Origin: the human T2T-CHM13v2.0 reference genome, Homo sapiens
NCBI RefSeq assembly: GCF_009914755.1
Contig: NC_060933.1
Reading direction: 5' to 3' (one strand)
DNA length: 64,000 nucleotides
The translations under genes and the position numbers were made by a program. The notes under the pieces were generated by a model that was not told the DNA's origin, did no database searches, and saw only the letters and a list, made by a program, of their open reading frames with translations. Below, piece after piece: positions 57,264-64,000 of the stretch (the stretch's first letter is position 1; every line of letters begins with the position of its first letter).

Positions 57264-58339
57264 CTACTAAATGGTGTGACAGTGGCTTGAAAATAATACT
57301 AAGCCTCTAAGAAGCCAGTGATTTACTACCTTCTGGTAGGATCAAGTATCCTGGTTGGGTTAAGCTATTTACTGTCAGCCTTGAATAATCCATGAGTATA
57401 TTACCTACTTTGCAGATAATCCACAATGACACAATTTATGTTTGTGGGGTTTTTTAAATGTAAATGTATGTTATAGGCAGGGTTTTTAAAACTATACAAA
57501 ATGTATATCACTGCATCTACTTGTTACTTTCCATTCATAGTTTTTCTCACAGAAAAGTTTATATATTATTTCATTCTTTCTGTTTTGGAGCTCTTTCTAA
57601 ATTTTACTAAGAAAAACTTTCTAAATTTTATTAACCAATTTTTCATCCCAGATATAGGGTGCTTTGGCAAAAAATTCTTGATCTAGGAAGCAATACCAAT
57701 CAATGGGAAAGAAGGAATGTTCATTTACAATTTGCTAAATCAAAATAACTCTTAAAGGCTATTCCTAATTATAGGTCTATTACATATGCTCTATGAATCC
57801 AAATAAGGGAAAGTTAGTGAAGAACTGTCTTCTGCACTGTATTGATAACAGTTTGGGAGAAATTTCATATAGTAACAAGGAGATGAAAATAACTTAAAAA
57901 TAGCTAAATAACTTTATTTCTGTATGATCAAACCCTTAATATTTCTTATTTCAATCTTTTCTTATGTTTCATGACTTTAGCATTTTAGTTTGATGATTAG
58001 TTTAATGTGTTCAGTTAACTTTTATTGGCTTTCTATTGAAGGTCAGCTACTTTTCTTGGTCCTTTCAAATCAGGGTAAGTTTAGGATGCCTCTAACTCTC
58101 ATTTATTTCAAGGCATTTCATAATTATTGAATTAAAGTTGACAGGTTGCCACAATAAATGAAAGATGTTATTAAGCACATAACGATAAGCCCTGGTTATT
58201 CACTTGTATCCTTATTTAAGAAAAAAAAAAAGATTTAGCCATGACATTGTAGTAACCTCTACTTTAAAAAAAAGGCTGAAATTATTTACTAAGATTAAAA
58301 CAAGTATTGAAAGCACTTCCAAATTAAAATTTTACTTTG

Positions 58340-59385
58340 AAGGGATCCAACTAGTCAAATTTGGGACAATTTGAACTTCAGAAAGAATCTATCATTCCAT
58401 AATGGTACTTTAAAAAACTAACAAGAAGGTTGAAAACAAAACTTCTTCTTATGGAAAAATGCTAGCTAATATACATAAAAGGAACGATAGGATCAGAAAA
58501 GTCATAATTTTGCAGACTCCATAACAGTAATAGATTTAGTCAAGGCTCATTAGTATATGCTGAAAGTATTAAGTGAAAGATTTTGGAGAATACATTATTC
58601 ACAAAATCTGGTGTTACAGATTACATATTAATTTTATATATCAATTTTAATTTAATGTTATAGTATCACAGATTACATATTAATTACAAAGGGAGAAAGA
58701 GACCTTTACAGTGGAAACATCTCATGGACACCACTTAACCAAGTGATTAAACTTACCGTCATTTCTAGTGGGAAGAGCTGACATCATGTACCTCTTGAAG
58801 TGATGCGGTAAAAAAGCATACAGCATCACCACCTATGTATTTTTCTTGCCAAAAATGTTTAACCTGAATCTAATCAAGAGGAAGTAATCAGACAAATCCA
58901 GATTATGTAGAACATTTTACAAGATAACTGACCTGAACTCTTCAAATATCAGTATCATAAGGGCCAAAACAAAAAAACCAAAAACACAAAAAAACAAAAA
59001 GACGAGGATAGGTCCAGATTAAAGTTGACTAAAACATGACAACTAAATACAATGTTTAATACTTACCGGAATTCTGGATCCAAAAACATGTATTATAAAC
59101 ACAAAATAGCCTAAAGGATATTCTTGGAATAATTGGAGAAATCTGAATCTATACTGTATATTAGAAGATATTATCAAAGTTAAATTTCTTGTGCTAATAG
59201 GATTGTGATTAGACAGGCGACCCTCCTAGTTTTTGGAAAATACATGCCAAAGTAGTTAGGGTCGTGTCATGTCTACAACTTACACTCAAGTAGGTGAGTC
59301 AAAATAATAAAGATACAGATTAAGATAAAAGAGAGATAAGGCAAATGAATTGAAATGATCATTGTACTGCCTTTTCAGTAAATTT
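58340..59385 (+). mobile_element. Old L1 (L1MC/ME) 3'UTR fragment
   Basis: aacctgaatctaatca...aatcagacaaatccaga...aactaaatacaatg. Confidence 0.6.
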
Positions 59386-59387
59386 GT

Positions 59388-59691
59388 CTTTTTTTTTTTT
59401 TTAAGATAGGGTTTTATTCTATTTCCCAGCTGGAGTACAGTGGCACATTCATAGCTCACTGCAGCACTCCAACTCCTGCACTTATGTGATCCTCCTCCCA
59501 CCTCAGCCTCCAGAGTGGCTGGGATTACAGGCACCAGACACCATGCCCAGCTATTTTTTTTTTAAATTTTTTTATAGAGAGGAGGTCTTGTTATGTTGCC
59601 AGGGCTAATCTCGAACTCCTGGCCTCAAGCAAGCCTCCTGTCTCAGCCTCCCAAAGTGCTGGGAGTACAGGCATGAGCCATCATGCCTAGT
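59388..59691 (-). mobile_element. AluJ
   Basis: Antisense dimeric Alu. Confidence 0.88.
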
Positions 59692-61763
59692 CTCTTTTTT
59701 TCAAAACATAAATTGTAGGGGGAAAATTGGCTCTTAAGATTCAGAACTAATTTAGGAAGTCACTGTTCTGTATATGTATATGTATATGTTCTGTATATGT
59801 TATTTGATGATTTTTTTTCTTAAAAATATATGCTTAATAAGAACAAAAGTAGGACAAATGAGAAGAGAAAATATTACAATCTAAATGATTTTATTTTTAA
59901 GTAAAAGATTGAGGTTATAGTTTTTTTCTTTTTTCTTCTTTTCTTTTTTGTCAGTTTAAAGCTTTACCTATTTTATGTTTTCTCCTTTCTGCCTACCACC
60001 AAATTTGTTTTTGAATTTTAATCATGTGACGGCTTTTAGTTGACTGACATGTTTGAGGTCAGCCTATTTGGTGATCTCAGCTTTTCTCTGGGAATGAAGG
60101 ACTCCAAAGGGAGCAAGAAACTAGACATAGGTTTGGCATGCCCTGCTGAATTAGTGACAATATTTTCATGGAATGTTCTTTCAAAAGTAGAGGCTGTGTA
60201 TGAAAGGTTTCCCTCATGAGATTACAGCAATTTAAAGGTCATTCAATTCTACAGACCGCTTAATTGTGCCCCATTAAGCATTTCTCAAAAAGAAGTATGT
60301 GTGTTTTAATAGCATTCAAGGACTGCCAATATCAGCATTGTCTAACTTAGAAAGATTATTTTTTTCATGGCTTTTATCACTGACCCGGTGTATAATGCAC
60401 TGACTTTCCTTTTTTATTGCTCAAGGGCAGCTGGATGAGTAGCCTTGGCTCATTTAGAAACCATCTAATGCTTTTGTTCTCAGTTAATATTTTCTTTAAA
60501 GGTCACCTACCTCTGACACCTGTCAGGTTAGTACTTCTCAAAATCGGAAATAGGACCTTTTCTTGATCAAGTACAGCCAATGCAATGTCTGAAGATTGGC
60601 CAGCAGTTTTGAACAAATAGCAGATGAACAGATTGCTCTTTGAGCTGTCATTTTATACCCAGGATCTTTATGGAGATTTTTTTGCCAACCAGGTACCAGA
60701 GAGGAATGTGGAAAGAGTAGACTAAATAACAGGGTAGAGAGCTCTGTGTTTCCTTTCCAAACTTGAGAGAGAATGCACAAAGGCACCACTCACTCCTTAA
60801 AATGTCTGTGAGGGGTAGAGAAGGTCATTAAGTGAAAATGTGAATTTAAAAAATCAGGTCCCAAATAAAGAACAAATAAACAAAATAAATCCAAACCAAT
60901 TTAAGATAAAAACTTCCAAACTAGACCATAAAGCAAAATTTATGGGAATTATAAATATGATGACAGTGTTCTGGAAAAATTCTTTTTACTGTAAGAGCAA
61001 AGCATTCAGAGACTGGTTTTGATTTTTATTCAGTAATCCCAATGTGGAAGCTGTAATTGTATATAACAGTCCATGTAGTTTCTCAATTCATTAGTTGTTA
61101 TACTGTGGTTCTTACCCAAGTTGTGGTACTCTGTAAACAAAAGCCACCAGAAGTGTCTTTTGGAGATGTCAGACCTCCTAACCTTTCCTTCAATCAAGGC
61201 CTTTAATTCTCTTATACAACCCTATATTTAAAACTATGTACTGGTCTTGCTGTATCCCAGACGTTTTGATTAGAGAGCTAACGCAATGGTCTGACTTCAA
61301 GCCAAAACTAAAGTTGAACCTTAAGGCAGTGATCATATGCACATGGCAGGAAAAAGATATAAATGCAGTTTCCAGGTCATAATGCAAAATATTCCAAGTC
61401 ATTTTGTCTTCCTTGACTCAACAACATGGTACAGATTTTTTAGTGAGACACTCAAGGCTTTGATTTTTATTTTATTTTGGAGAGAATGGGAAGAAGTTGT
61501 AATTATTCTAATTAAAATGGCAATAACCATATTAGTGGATGAAATTGTTTATTGATTCTATTGATATAACATATTCAACAAATACAAAACAGAAAAGAAT
61601 AACTAGTTTCCCTAACATTATAGATGTATTTCACAAATATTACTGTATACCTATTATGTATAAAGCACAAAAAACTAAATTCTGCAACTTGAAATAGAAT
61701 TCAACAGAAAGTTAATTTGGATGGAGCCATATTGGTTAAAGGAAAGAGATAAATGTAAGAAAA

Positions 61764-61911
61764 GGCTGGGTACAGTGGCTCATGCCTCTATTTCCAATAG
61801 TTTTGGAACTATTCCCAACTACTCAGGAGGCTGAGGCAGGAGGATCCCTTGAACCCAGGAGTTCGAGGACAGCCTGGGCAACGTAGTAAGACTCCATCTC
61901 TAGAAAAAAAA
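61764..61911 (+). mobile_element. Alu monomer (FLAM-like)
   Basis: ggctgggtacagtggctcatgcc...cagcctgggcaacgtagtaagac. Confidence 0.8.
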
Positions 61912-63764
61912 AGAAGTAAAAAGGCACAGGTAAGAAAGACTTCAAAGTATGTAGAGAAATAAGAAAATCTGTTAAAAGGCAATGTTGAAAAACTTGCAAG
62001 TACTTAGTTTTTGAGTTTTGATCTGTTTCCTAGCATAAGTCTACTCATTAAATAATGAGAAACAATATGAATAAAATAATATAGGCACAGTTTGAATTTA
62101 ATAACAATTTAGAAATGGAGAAGCAAGGGCATTTGTCATTACACAGGATTCTGTCATTACTAATGAATTTTGTCAAGGTTAAGGTACACCAATCCTCATT
62201 TTTCCAGTTGGGATAAATCAGAACATTCCTGATTCTGGTTTTACCATAGCAGGAGTCTTTAGCTTCATTCTTTTCCCCTCCACTCCAGTATTTTATCATA
62301 TTGGTTGTTTTGAAACGCTGCTTTGTGTTTCATGGGTTGAAATTCTGAAAAATTAGATCTGAAGGTAATTGCTGAGGCTTTATGATTTAATTTTACATGT
62401 TTGGAGACGAGTTCATTGAACTTACAAGCAGATAAATGAAAAATGCTACAAAATGGCATTAAATCAGTCTTAGCATTTTTTTCCTTTTAAAATATTGACC
62501 TAAATATATATTGGCTAAACTTCTCCTTAATGTCAAAGATAAAATGATTGAACTCTCGGGTATAAGCAAGCCCACTTGGCAAAACTGGGGAGCAGAAGTA
62601 ATTCTGAGCCAAGCACATGTCTCAAAAAGGAAGTTCTTTGACACGAGAGGTTGTCTCCAACTGGCAGAGTTCAGGAATAGCAGACTTGCCCAAAATAACA
62701 ATTTTGAGCCATCTTACTCTATTGTAGAAATAGAAAAAAAATCATTTCAAAATAATTTTTCATTAAGCTAATAGTAGAAAATGTATTTAACTTAAGAATA
62801 AAGATGGCCCAAAGTAGCTGTTAAGTCAAAGGTAAAAACAACAATATTTTTAGAACCCCAAAATCAGTTTTCATGTTTGTTTGCTTTTTCTTTCAGTGAA
62901 TACATATAGTTTTCTAAGTACTCATTCTCTCTCAGATAATAAAACTAAAAGCCTGGCCTTTTTGAGTCATGAAAGTTCTCATCTACTAGTCACTTAAAAG
63001 CCATTTTTAGAAAAGAATGTGTTTTGCAAAGAATAAAACCATAATAAATGGAGGACATATACAAGAAGGGGGAGGGAGAGAATTAGTTATAGACTATGAT
63101 TGTTTACTAAGTAAAAAAGTCTCTACATGACACAAAATTATCTTTGAGAACATGAAGTAGTAATTGCAAAATTATGTCACGCTGAAATTACCTAAAATTA
63201 TTCTGGCAAGACACATAAACATGTAAAACACCAGTCGCCTTTATCTGCAAGGTTTAAAAGAAATGTGTTTATGAATAAAATTCCATGGCTAAGACAAAGG
63301 ATATGAGGTGGTGGCTGGAGAACTGAATTGAACCTATATCCTATAGTGTTTGAACTGAACAAAATTTTTGGCTTATTTATTTGTTTAAGGTAGTGGATAA
63401 TATGTCAAGTTTGGAAAATGTTACATAAAAATTCGAATTCCCTGCTTCTCCTGGGGAAAAAGTAAATCAGAAATCTGGCCACCCAGGGCTTACCTATCCA
63501 GAAGACTCAGCTGAAGCGGAGTTCAGGCTACCCCCTTAGACTAGGTACTCCTCCTCTAGTTGTCCACAGTTCTGATTTCCCCAATTTACTCATTTACTCA
63601 AGCAGCCCAGCTCTTGAGGCCCTTTCTGTGGTAGTGAAGATAATCTCATCCTTAGGGTCCTGTTGTTGATATAGAACAGATGTGGGTAATGTATGGTGGG
63701 CGAACTGTGGCCAGGAAGTCGAGTCAGACTCTAAGTCTGTTAAAGAAAAACTTTTACATCTTTG

Positions 63765-63995
63765 AATAGTTGAATACAATTTTTAAAAGGATATTTCATG
63801 ACAAGTGAAAATTATTTTAAAATTCATATTTCAGAGCCTATAAATAAAGTTTTATTGAAACATAACAAAGGTCGTTAGTTTTCATATATCTATGGCTGCT
63901 TTTGTGCTACAAGGATAGAATAGAGTGGTTGCGACAGAGACCACATGGCCCACAAAGCCTAAAATGCTTATCCTTTTCAAAGAAAAAAAATTATT
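63765..63995. mobile_element. MER58-like hAT-Charlie MITE
   Basis: aataaagttttattgaaaca...gacagagaccacatggcccacaaagcctaaaat. Confidence 0.72.
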
Positions 63996-64000
63996 CAATG

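Overview
Primate (human-like) genomic DNA containing the 5' end of MLLT3 (AF9, YEATS-domain acyl-lysine reader and KMT2A fusion partner; human 9p21) on the minus strand. Supported gene structure: a CpG-island promoter (~50.1-53.4 kb), coding exon 1a (12 nt, MASS, 51975-51986), an alternative first exon 1b contributing only an ATG (51502-51504), and exon 2 (50383-50563, 181 nt, N-terminal YEATS). Positions 1-50382 are the start of a very long intron 2, with no exon 3 seen; positions >52.4 kb are upstream flank. Nearly all other ORFs in the track are artefacts of Alu, L1, LTR, DNA transposons or the GC-rich island. I see no novel multi-gene system. The most interesting base-level observations are: (1) a MER41 ERV transcript apparently retrotransposed by L1 machinery (5'-truncated, LTR ending in a poly(A) tail, TSD) into the same endonuclease site earlier used by an AluJ, retaining a STAT GAS motif; (2) a twin-primed 5'-inverted L1PA2-like element whose junction creates a 449-aa open RT-containing ORF on the MLLT3 sense strand; (3) a multi-template repair scar inside Tigger1; (4) two overlapping uORFs, the first in frame with MLLT3 and separated from it by one UGA; (5) a full-length sense-oriented THE1 provirus with a private LTR variant; (6) a K50-homeodomain site cluster upstream and two candidate cryptic exons. 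Repeat subfamily calls come from my recollection of consensus sequences and need RepeatMasker/Dfam confirmation.
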